DNA of 64,000 nt. It comes from Acholeplasmataceae bacterium. Its GTDB lineage: Bacteria; Bacillota_I; Bacilli_A; Acholeplasmatales; Acholeplasmataceae. The notes below the pieces were generated by a model that worked only from the letters and a program-made list of their open reading frames with translations, was not told the DNA's origin and ran no database searches. Below, piece after piece: positions 1 to 7,805 of the stretch. Within the stretch, counting starts at the first letter, position 1. The number at the start of each line of letters is the position of its first letter. The translations under genes and the position numbers were made by a program. The DNA lies in NCBI GenBank assembly GCA_963675245.1, contig OY775910.1, forward strand, positions 544,001 through 608,000, in the 5' to 3' direction.

Positions 1-549
1 CAGTTCTTCTTGTAGCATTAAAATACCTTCAGGACTATACCCAAAGATGCATACTTTATTCCCCTCATCATCTTTAAACATCATATCTAAGAATTTTCTT
101 GATGTCGTCGCTTTGGTTTCAAAGACACGAATGGTATCGTCATCTTCCAAATACCCATCAAGGAAACAATAAAATCTAAAGCCATCACGTTCAAATTCAA
201 AACGTTTTTGTTTGTATGTATTTAAAGAATAAATCGCATGACCATGAAAGCGACGGTCGGTCGCTTTACCGGTAATGATTTCTATTTGATTGTAATAGGG
301 TAACATGACATCCATTTGTGGATCATCGTGTTCAAGTAAATCAATATCTTCGTCGTCTTCGCCCTTTTCGACCATTAAATCCAAGAGATCTTTTGTCTTC
401 TCTTGATTTTCCAAAGACATAATCGCTTCTAAATCATCATCTTCAGAAAAAGAAACGACGGCTTTGTTTTTTTCACGTCTGATTTCATCAAGTGCGCTAA
501 ATCTATTACAACGTATATAGTTAATAAATCTTGTCTTAGAAATATGCAT
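1..549 (-). CDS. 5' part of a DUF2779-like protein with a PD-(D/E)xK-like N-terminal region (runs off window edge)
   Basis: Manual translation from ATG at 549 (G-rich RBS upstream): MHISKTRFINYIRCNRF...FYCFLDGYLEDDDTIRVFETKATTS; the D...ExK pattern resembles mollicute DUF2779 proteins. Not in ORF track. Confidence 0.55.
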   Translation of the reverse strand, partial: MHISKTRFINYIRCNRFSALDEIRREKNKAVVSFSEDDDLEAIMSLENQEKTKDLLDLMVEKGEDDEDIDLLEHDDPQMDVMLPYYNQIEIITGKATDRRFHGHAIYSLNTYKQKRFEFERDGFRFYCFLDGYLEDDDTIRVFETKATTSRKFLDMMFKDDEGNKVCIFGYSPEGILMLQEEL

Positions 550-584
550 TTAAAAGCCCCCTTTGGTTATCTAAATTATAACAC

Positions 585-611
585 AAAAAAAGCGGCATTA
601 TCTGCCGCTTT
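585..611 (-). terminator. Intrinsic terminator (copy inside the repeat)
   Basis: aaagcggca-ttatc-tgccgcttt hairpin with an A-run on + (U-tail on -). Confidence 0.8.
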
Positions 612-690
612 GCGTTTAATTTGCAATAAAGTCTGAATACGCATCGTTTGCGAATTCACTTAAAAAATAATCTGTTATATCATTGATAAC
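585..690. repeat. Direct repeat copy 1: duplicated 3' end and terminator of the lipoprotein gene 6189-7805
   Basis: 98/106 nt identical to 6158-6263 by manual alignment; encodes ...VINDITDYFLSEFANDAYSDFIAN* versus ...VIADMTDYFSSEFANDAYSDLIAN*. Confidence 0.95.
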
Positions 691-723
691 GGTTAAATTT
701 AGAGGTTTCCTAATAGCAACCTT

Positions 724-745
724 ATATATTACTGGAGTCATGTAC
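724..745. repeat. Palindromic cassette-boundary site, copy A (empty, not followed by a toxin)
   Basis: atatattactggagtcatgtac; 728-758 is 27/31 identical to 4555-4585. Confidence 0.8.
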
Positions 746-855
746 CTAAGTAGCGCCACAATTTAAAATTCCTATTAATTTATATCATTCTAGCAACTAT
801 GTATCCGTTTGTCGCATTAATCAAACAATCAAAATCCTAATTTAAATTATACAAA

Positions 856-1143
856 CTAATTGTCAATTTGTTTGTATAATATCAACAGGCATGTTTTCAT
901 AAGATTATAAAAAATCAAATTTTCTATATCTTTAGAAACAAATTCTCCAATTCTTTTTTTGTTTTGGGCATCAATATTATAGTTGTCTAATTCTTGTCTG
1001 CTGATATTTTCTCCTGAGTATGCCCTACTAATAAGACCATAAATCGAATCTACCATTGTAATGTTTTTAACATTATCATAAAAATCATTCGGAGTATTCC
1101 AATTAAGGAATACTCTAAGTATTTGTTTTTCATTTTTATTCAT
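856..1143 (-). CDS. Putative immunity protein for toxin 1150-1785
   Basis: 95-aa ORF starting 6 nt after the toxin stop; position-based call. Confidence 0.6.
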   Translation of the reverse strand: MNKNEKQILRVFLNWNTPNDFYDNVKNITMVDSIYGLISRAYSGENISRQELDNYNIDAQNKKRIGEFVSKDIENLIFYNLMKTCLLILYKQIDN

Positions 1144-1149
1144 ATTTTA

Positions 1150-1785
1150 TCACCATATTCCAAATGTAATAACTTTTCCTGCGGATGTAAATAATCCATT
1201 TAAACCATACCCAAAAAATTTAGTGTTTAATGTCCAAGAATGTTGTAATCCCTTATAACTAGATATTAATGAAAGTGCATTAGCATTTTGATTTGCAAAT
1301 CCTACCGCTTTATCTTTATAGCTAATGATATTACCAAAGCCTTTACCATATTTACCATAATGATGTTTCATGGATTGAAAACCTGATTTAAAAGTTCCCT
1401 TATCCCACATGCTGGCAGCTTTGGCTACTTTGAAAGCATTTGATGCAGCCCCAGTAACCCCTCCAATGAATGCTCCTGTCATAAAGCCATCAGCAAAACC
1501 GCTATAGAAACCTTCCCAACTGCCAGAACTTATACCACCAATGGTTCCTGATATTAATCCACCAGATATTGCACCAATTGCAGCACCTTTTAATGCACCA
1601 GATAGTATAAAGCCTGCAACTCCCCCAGCAGCTCCACCCGTTGCTACGGTAGCTATTGCAAGTGCAACAATAATCACTACACCAGCTACTATCTTTGCTT
1701 CATTACTCCAACTAAATGGATTCCACCACGCTTGTCCGGTGCTATCTATGTACATCACTGGAGTAATGTAGTCAGACATAACCAC
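1150..1785 (-). CDS. Orphan Rhs C-terminal toxin cassette (Gly/Ala-rich hydrophobic region plus probable RNase-type tip)
   Basis: Starts YITPVMYIDSTG (Rhs PxxxxDPxG junction), then a Gly-rich helical region and a basic tip WDKGTFKSGFQSMKHHYGKYG...GKVITFG. Confidence 0.8.
   Translation of the reverse strand: MVMSDYITPVMYIDSTGQAWWNPFSWSNEAKIVAGVVIIVALAIATVATGGAAGGVAGFILSGALKGAAIGAISGGLISGTIGGISSGSWEGFYSGFADGFMTGAFIGGVTGAASNAFKVAKAASMWDKGTFKSGFQSMKHHYGKYGKGFGNIISYKDKAVGFANQNANALSLISSYKGLQHSWTLNTKFFGYGLNGLFTSAGKVITFGIW
1750..1771. repeat. Palindromic cassette-boundary site, copy B
   Basis: gtacatcactggagtaatgtag; overlaps codons Y-I-T-P-V-M-Y of the toxin ORF. Confidence 0.85.
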
Positions 1786-1814
1786 TGTAATAGATGGACG
1801 TGATTAGCAAATAT

Positions 1815-2240
1815 TTATGAAATTTTCTTATTTATTTCGTAATCCATGAATTTGTTTAAAGCTATTTTGGGTTCTTCTATTAACTCTAAGAAGAATCTTT
1901 TATCTTCAATCATCCATTAAGGCGCATATACATTCTTATATTTGATTGGTTGAAAATAACATACTCCACCACCACAAATTTGATAACCACCTTTGTATTT
2001 CTTTTCAAATACCCAATTCTCGTCAATTTCATCATCAATAATATTGAATTCATCACCTAATTGATAAAAACCTAATGTTGTTATTTGTTTTAAATAAATA
2101 AGTATGTATTTTTTTCGATGTGATTGCATAATTGCATAAACGTTAAATTCTTGAGAATAATTAAAATCAAGTCCAAAATAAATTGCATTATTCTCTTGAA
2201 ATTTATACATATCAACGATTCTTACTTTCATACGTTTCAT
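1815..2240 (-). pseudogene. Putative immunity protein, probably interrupted by a premature TAA at 1917-1919
   Basis: Starts 3 nt after the 2244-2738 stop; the frame stays open past the stop as WMIEDKRFFLELIEEPKIALNKFMDYEINKKIS* to 1815. Confidence 0.5.
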
Positions 2241-2243
2241 CTC

Positions 2244-2738
2244 CTATTTAAGTTTAAAATCATACCACATTTGAAACGGATACCATTTAGGAAAATATCT
2301 ATTACCTACATAATGAACGGTATTACCATCAAAACTCATTTGATATTTTGTCCATCCTAACCATCCTGGCATTTTTGGATTTCTCATTGGAACTTTACCA
2401 TATAAGCTTGTTCCTGAATTTGGATATTTTTTTGCAGCATTCATAGTTATGCTTGATTTTAAATTATTAGGTTGTGTATTATCTGTCTTTCCATTACCCC
2501 ATATCACAAGATATTTGATATTTGGTAAGTCTTTAATGAAATCAAATGAATCAATTTCACCCGACCATTGATCAATAATCACTTTATCAATGCCTTTTTG
2601 TTTAATATAGTCAATTTGTCTGTCGTTATCTTTGGTGTCAATAATGATAGCTTCTTTGATGAGCGCTCCACCTTGATATTGAAAAATCGAGTAAAACCAA
2701 TAACCATCTCTCTTTTCGCATACTAATTCTTTATTCAT
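2244..2738 (-). CDS. Chimeric ORF: N-terminus of an LRR-like immunity protein fused to a toxin C-terminal tip
   Basis: Acidic N-half with LRR-like FDFIKDLPNIKYLVIWGN; basic C-half PNNLK..MNAAKKYP..PMRNPKMPGWLGWTKYQ..VHYVGN..DFKLK resembling a common polymorphic-toxin tip. Confidence 0.55.
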   Translation of the reverse strand: MNKELVCEKRDGYWFYSIFQYQGGALIKEAIIIDTKDNDRQIDYIKQKGIDKVIIDQWSGEIDSFDFIKDLPNIKYLVIWGNGKTDNTQPNNLKSSITMNAAKKYPNSGTSLYGKVPMRNPKMPGWLGWTKYQMSFDGNTVHYVGNRYFPKWYPFQMWYDFKLK

Positions 2739-2748
2739 AACCAGCTCC

Positions 2749-2976
2749 TATCTGCCCCAGTAATCATCTAAATATAACGTGAATTGATTATTTTGCCAAT
2801 AATATCGTCTGCCTAGTGACCATATTTTGTCATAGAACTCTCTGTTTCAACTTTTATATCCATATTCAACCATCCACATTAATAAATCTTCTCTCTTCAG
2901 GATTGTAATATCTGCTATTTAAGTAATATAACCCTACTTCTTCATCATATTGATATCCCCTATATCATTATGGATT
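2749..2976 (-). pseudogene. Rhs repeat-associated core remnant followed by a toxin-tail fragment
   Basis: 2976-2866 reads NP**YRGYQYDEEVGLYYLNSRYYNPEERRFINVDG*, the canonical Rhs core signature with stops. Another frame then gives ...NREFYDKIWSLGRRYYWQNNQFTLYLDDYWGR* just ahead of the next gene. Confidence 0.85.
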
Positions 2977-3067
2977 TCTATTACCACAATCAGATATGAT
3001 ATAACCTGTAGTTTTCTAAATATTTATAATCTTTTTAAATTTAAAGCCTTTTTTTATGAAACTATTA

Positions 3068-4048
3068 TCATAGCTTAACTAAATCATAGTCCGAAAGGTC
3101 TATATTCACTACTAAACTATTATCTCTACATAACGTATATTTACTGTCTGCAGTTTTTAACAAACTTTTAATTAGTTCTCCAAAATTTTCAAACTCAATT
3201 AATGCTATCATATGTCTTTCATTTAATTCTCTAATTTCAATCTCTCCTTTTGTCAAATAGATTTCATCTAATTTTCCAAGAAAACTAATTTTTTTATATC
3301 CAAGACTCGGGTTACGTGAATACATAAATCTAAGATTATATTTATTCTCTGATGTCCAATGAAGTGCTGGAAAGTTAGTTCTACGTTTTGAATGATAACC
3401 TTCTTCAAGAGCAGGAATATCTTTCATAAATTCCAATGTCTGTATGTCATCCACACTATAGTAATTGTATAAATAAACTGGGACTTCATTAGAAACGGCT
3501 ATACAACCTTCTCTTTGGCTCAAATCAACAATAAAATACCCGTAGCAAGCTTTTCCTTCTTGATGAATGATATCACATTCAATTCTGTACGCATAGACAC
3601 CATGATTCACTAATTTTTTTATGTTTTTGAAAAAGGAATCCGATCTAAGTTTCTTTTCAGCTACCATTTCTTTATCTAATGCTAAAAACATTTTTTTTGC
3701 TTGATTTAGCATTTGCTCATGTGTTGTTTTAGGAGCATAGTTAAGATCTAAATAGTTCTCATAAGGATCAAATAGCATAAACTCATCTTGTCTATTTACT
3801 AAATCAATATATGCTTGTTTAGCTTTCTCTTTGACTTCTGGAATAAGTCTACCAAGTTCCCACTGATAATATCCTAGTGATAACCATACCATTATTGGTA
3901 TGAATGATTTATCCATCAATATATTTTCATAGTCTTCGATGGTTAGTTTTGTTGCCTTTTCACTAGTTTCCCCGCTTTTTAAATAATCAAAATATGCTAA
4001 ACATATTTCTTCTACCATTAAATTTTCAAAATAGTATTTTACCCGCAT
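3068..4048 (-). CDS. Putative immunity protein for the GIY-YIG toxin
   Basis: Starts 4 nt after the toxin stop; WLSLGYYQWELGRLIPEVKEKA resembles motifs in toxin-adjacent immunity-like proteins. Confidence 0.6.
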   Translation of the reverse strand: MRVKYYFENLMVEEICLAYFDYLKSGETSEKATKLTIEDYENILMDKSFIPIMVWLSLGYYQWELGRLIPEVKEKAKQAYIDLVNRQDEFMLFDPYENYLDLNYAPKTTHEQMLNQAKKMFLALDKEMVAEKKLRSDSFFKNIKKLVNHGVYAYRIECDIIHQEGKACYGYFIVDLSQREGCIAVSNEVPVYLYNYYSVDDIQTLEFMKDIPALEEGYHSKRRTNFPALHWTSENKYNLRFMYSRNPSLGYKKISFLGKLDEIYLTKGEIEIRELNERHMIALIEFENFGELIKSLLKTADSKYTLCRDNSLVVNIDLSDYDLVKL

Positions 4049-4052
4049 ATAA

Positions 4053-4586
4053 TTATCTTCCTCCTAATTTTTCCCATAATAACCTTAATTCACTATCTAT
4101 TTTGTTAAGAATTAAAGATCCAGGATATCGTCTGTTTGATACACTTTTCCTTAAATTATATGGTAACATTTTGTCTGAGAATGGACTCACATCTATAATA
4201 TTATCCAAACCATGTGATAATATTAATCCCGTTTCCAATACACGTGCCTGTGATTCACTCATAGCACTTGAATAATTCATCTTTATAAATTGTCCAAACC
4301 TATTTTTATGGTCACGTAATCTTGTCTTTGGATTTTTTGTAATACCAACATAAAACACATTATTGTGTTCATCAAGTAGCGTATAGACATAATAATTGTC
4401 TTTGTTCCTTGCTGAATGTGCCGTCTCAATCGCCTCAGCGATTTCGACAACTGCAGGTTTAATTGCTACTGATGCTATAATTGCGATTATAAAGATTATT
4501 CCCCAAACGACTAAATCATCTGCAATTGCTATATTTCCTGTTGGATCTGTGAACATTACTGGATTAATGTACATATGTAGCGCCAT
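4053..4586 (-). CDS. Orphan Rhs C-terminal toxin cassette with GIY-YIG nuclease tip
   Basis: Starts YINPVMFTDPTG, then a hydrophobic helix, then YYVYTL..VFYVGITKNPKTRLRDH..ARVLETGLI..YN (GIY-YIG Y/Y-G/R/H/E/N pattern). Confidence 0.85.
   Translation of the reverse strand: MALHMYINPVMFTDPTGNIAIADDLVVWGIIFIIAIIASVAIKPAVVEIAEAIETAHSARNKDNYYVYTLLDEHNNVFYVGITKNPKTRLRDHKNRFGQFIKMNYSSAMSESQARVLETGLILSHGLDNIIDVSPFSDKMLPYNLRKSVSNRRYPGSLILNKIDSELRLLWEKLGGR
4551..4572. repeat. Palindromic cassette-boundary site, copy C
   Basis: gaacattactggattaatgtac; overlaps codons Y-I-N-P-V-M-F. Confidence 0.85.
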
Positions 4587-4705
4587 GGGATTATATTTTG
4601 GTTTTAATTGACTTTATTATATTATTCGAACACTTATAATCAATATCATTCTTTGTTATTTCTAAAGTAACTTTTTATATCATGCTTTTTTTAGTGGTGC
4701 ACTTG

Positions 4706-5134
4706 TCAATCACTCTTAACCTTGATACCGTAAAATTGTCCTGTCTTGACAATTTGTACCTCAATGACTTCTGCTAACGCTCTAAATATTCTGTTCTTGT
4801 TCCACCAAAAAAATGGATTTTTGAAGAAGAAGATTTTCTCGTGCTGTTCCCAGATACCTTTTTCTGTTTCAAATACATTAATTTTGTATTTGTGACGACC
4901 CATAAATTCCGGTTCTACATACATTTTCAAAAAATCAATACTATTGAAGTACGCAAAGTTTAAATCCCCTCTTGCTTCAATGCTTAAAACAGAGAAACAA
5001 CCATTTTCGTTATAATAACTATACGTATCTAAAGATGCGTTTTTACCCAAATAGTTTTCAAATATATGACTTGAATATTTCATGCCGTATTTAACACACA
5101 AAAAATCTAAATTTTTTTTAATTATTTCTTCCAT
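4706..5134 (-). CDS. Putative immunity protein for the toxin tip of 5145-6035
   Basis: AGGAG RBS overlapping the upstream stop; small ORF directly after the toxin tip. Confidence 0.6.
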   Translation of the reverse strand: MEEIIKKNLDFLCVKYGMKYSSHIFENYLGKNASLDTYSYYNENGCFSVLSIEARGDLNFAYFNSIDFLKMYVEPEFMGRHKYKINVFETEKGIWEQHEKIFFFKNPFFWWNKNRIFRALAEVIEVQIVKTGQFYGIKVKSD

Positions 5135-5144
5135 AAACAACTCC

Positions 5145-6035
5145 TTATAGATAATAATTTAGTGGCATTTTCCAAATATGCCTAGTTCTCCATATACCCA
5201 CAATCAGTTTTTCGGTACCATAATACAGTCCTCTTCCTCTATGTAAAGTAGTCATACCGATATCAATGACAGTATAACCTTTTCTGAGAGTATTGAGCAT
5301 CCAATTGCCATTATGTATAACTGACCTTGTGGTATTATATAACTGTCCTAAACCTTTTGCTCCTGATTTATAACCTTTCCATGCATCATAAATATTATCG
5401 GATATCCCCATTAGACGGGCAACGTCAGTGACTCTATCTACATCTCTACCGATCATGGTAACTCTGCCAAAATCACTTATATCATCTGATTTGATATTAT
5501 CTTTTGTTGAAACACTTGCATTTGATGATTGACTACCAACAAGTAGCCAATTAACCTCATAATCTGACATTTTAAGTTTGATATTTTGACTTGTGATGTC
5601 TTTGGGAAATTTGATATCGAATTTATTATCTTTATTTTTATATGTATTTGTACTTCCATCAAAATCTAGTGAGTTATCAATGTCAAACCATTCATCGCCA
5701 ACTTGATAACGAACTGCACCATCATATAAGACAACCTCATAACTGCCATCCTGCTTTCTGAAATGTTTTTCACTTTCTGTTCTTCTCGACGTGTCTTCAG
5801 CGACAATTGGAATGTCCTTTTTATCTATATCAACATTCTTAATCTTTTCTGTTTCCACATTTTCAACAATGTCATCAACAACAGGTTCATCTTGATTCGC
5901 AAACACTTGAAGTGGAATCAAATTAAAAAGCATCGCGATTAACACAATGGTTGCGATAGCTCTTTGCATACTTTAAATTCTTCTTGTTCTCACAATAATT
6001 TCATGTGAATCAAGACCACTAAACATTCTTTTCAT
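5145..6035 (-). pseudogene. Internally deleted secreted Rhs/WapA-like toxin gene (N-terminus fused directly to a toxin tip)
   Basis: GGGGG RBS and ATG at 6035, in-frame TAA at codon 21, signal peptide, WapA-like EDTSRRTESEKHFRKQDGSY..WFDIDNSL, then an abrupt switch to a basic tip with W..LRKGYTVIDIG..YYGTE. No YD repeats or core. Confidence 0.75.
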
Positions 6036-6157
6036 TTATTTAGCCCCCTATAAAACGATTGATTTTAGTTGTACATCGTTGTTGTTATTTCTTATATCAT
6101 ATCACTATAAAAATGCTTTGTAAACGACAAATATGTCATAGTCGTGATTAATTTATA

Positions 6158-6263
6158 AAAAAAAGCGGCATTATCTGCCGCTTTGCGTTTAATTTGCGAT
6201 TAAGTCTGAATACGCATCGTTTGCGAATTCACTTGAGAAATAATCTGTCATATCAGCAATAAC
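6158..6263. repeat. Direct repeat copy 2 (current 3' end and terminator of the lipoprotein gene)
   Basis: 98/106 nt identical to 585-690. Confidence 0.95.
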
Positions 6264-7805
6264 TGGTGCAGTTAAATCTTGTGCAACATCATTGATCACG
6301 ACACTCTCAACGCCAACAACACCATAAACATGTGCTAATTCGCGAGATGCTTTTCCGATAAGGCTACCTACATTGAGAACAACATCAGCAGCTGCAGATA
6401 CCGTAATACCTGTATCACCTGGAACCCATACAACAGCGTTTAGTGCATATGGTGGTTGATAATTCCCAACTAAACCACCAACGAAGAATCTCTTGTAAAC
6501 GCCTGTGTCAGCATCAGCAGATACATGTTCAACGTTAATATTACCAGCAAAGAAACCATCTTTAACTTTTAATGAACTGTTACCGATTAAACCACCAACA
6601 TATAATGTATAGGTACCAGTTGTGAATGTTTCTGCTAGCTGTATATCAACATAGACATCAATATTACCAGTCACAACAACATCACTAACATTACTTGAAT
6701 TTTCTGAAGCTAATTTATCACCAATTGCCCCACCGATAGCTACTTTGACTTGATCTTCATCATCAAATGCATCAATATAGGTTTGATAGGATAAATCAAT
6801 ATCAGCGTTCACTTCATGAATTTCTGAATCGACTTCTGAAAAACCGACGACTCCACCCATTTTAACAAGATAACCCTCATTATTATCGATTGAAGTTGTT
6901 TCAAGTGAGATGGAAGAGTTTGAAATGGTTGCCCCATTAAGTGTTCCTTTTAATTCACCAGCAATCCCACCAATATATACAAAATCATCTGATGATGATG
7001 TGATGTAATAATGACTGTTTGTGACATGAACATTCTCAATGGAGACATTGCTTGATGCCACATATCCAAATAAGAATCCGATGCGAGCGAGATTACTAAT
7101 CGCTTGTGGTGCTTCCAGCGTACCAATCGTTACATGATCAACTGTAAGATTAGACACATTAGCTGCAGAACTCACGTAACCAAAGACACCAATATAATAA
7201 TAATTACTATCAGGGTTTGTCGTTGAATTTGATGTTGTAATATTAATGTTACTTAATGTGTGGTTTTGGCCATCAAATGTGCCAGAAAAATATGTTGTAT
7301 CAAATGGTGAAATATAATCGATTCCTTCAAAGTCAAGATCGTTATCTAGCACGTAATCCGCACCACGATATGCGTCCATTGCTAGAAATTCTTCAACTGT
7401 TGAAATGTGAATTGTACCGATTGTTTGGAATGTAAATCGTTCAACAGCAATTACATCTCGATCTACAGTGGCTTCTACAATAATATAATAAGATTGTTCT
7501 AAGCCTAATCCTGCAAATGTAATGGTTGCCCCATCAATTGCATAATCTCCAGTAGTGCTCTTGCTAAAACTTCTTGAAGATATCGCTTCATCGTCAGCAT
7601 TATATAAGCGCGCATAAATTGTGCCTGTGATTTCATCTTCAGGATCATCAACAGTCAGTTTGACTGTAATGCTATTTTGATTAATTGATTCATCCGTAAA
7701 TGATGCTGTAATGGCAGTTTCATCATCAATCACAGTACCTTCTTTACATGCAACTAATGCAAATAAACTTACAATGGTTAATAAAATCAATACAAATTTC
7801 TTCAT
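6189..7805 (-). CDS. Surface lipoprotein with GLUG-like/beta-helix repeats
   Basis: Lipobox LVAC; FSGTFDGQNHTLSNI and repeated IGGIAG/VGGLIG/VGGLVG motifs; start overlaps the gltX stop. Confidence 0.75.
   Translation of the reverse strand: MKKFVLILLTIVSLFALVACKEGTVIDDETAITASFTDESINQNSITVKLTVDDPEDEITGTIYARLYNADDEAISSRSFSKSTTGDYAIDGATITFAGLGLEQSYYIIVEATVDRDVIAVERFTFQTIGTIHISTVEEFLAMDAYRGADYVLDNDLDFEGIDYISPFDTTYFSGTFDGQNHTLSNINITTSNSTTNPDSNYYYIGVFGYVSSAANVSNLTVDHVTIGTLEAPQAISNLARIGFLFGYVASSNVSIENVHVTNSHYYITSSSDDFVYIGGIAGELKGTLNGATISNSSISLETTSIDNNEGYLVKMGGVVGFSEVDSEIHEVNADIDLSYQTYIDAFDDEDQVKVAIGGAIGDKLASENSSNVSDVVVTGNIDVYVDIQLAETFTTGTYTLYVGGLIGNSSLKVKDGFFAGNINVEHVSADADTGVYKRFFVGGLVGNYQPPYALNAVVWVPGDTGITVSAAADVVLNVGSLIGKASRELAHVYGVVGVESVVINDVAQDLTAPVIADMTDYFSSEFANDAYSDLIAN

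Larger units (their letters stand above)
691..6157 (-). mobile_element. Degenerate Rhs/WapA-type polymorphic toxin-immunity cassette island
   Basis: Flanked by a 106-bp direct repeat; contains an Rhs core remnant, orphan toxin tips starting at PVMxxDxTG, tightly coupled downstream small ORFs, chimeric ORFs and premature stops. No integrase inside. Confidence 0.8.

Noticed and set aside
247..267. Hairpin aaagcgac-ggtcg-gtcgcttt sharing GGTCGGTCG with the TetR operator
   Set aside because: Lies inside a coding region with only a half-site match; probably chance.
2749..2976. In-frame TGA codons in the toxin debris as evidence for genetic code 4
   Set aside because: TAA stops interrupt the same fragment, Trp is TGG in intact genes, and gltX, purN and the NqrC-like gene end in TGA. 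Pseudogenisation explains it better.
724..4572. The three palindromic repeats as a CRISPR array
   Set aside because: Spacing is about 1.0 and 2.8 kb with whole genes in between, and no cas genes are present.
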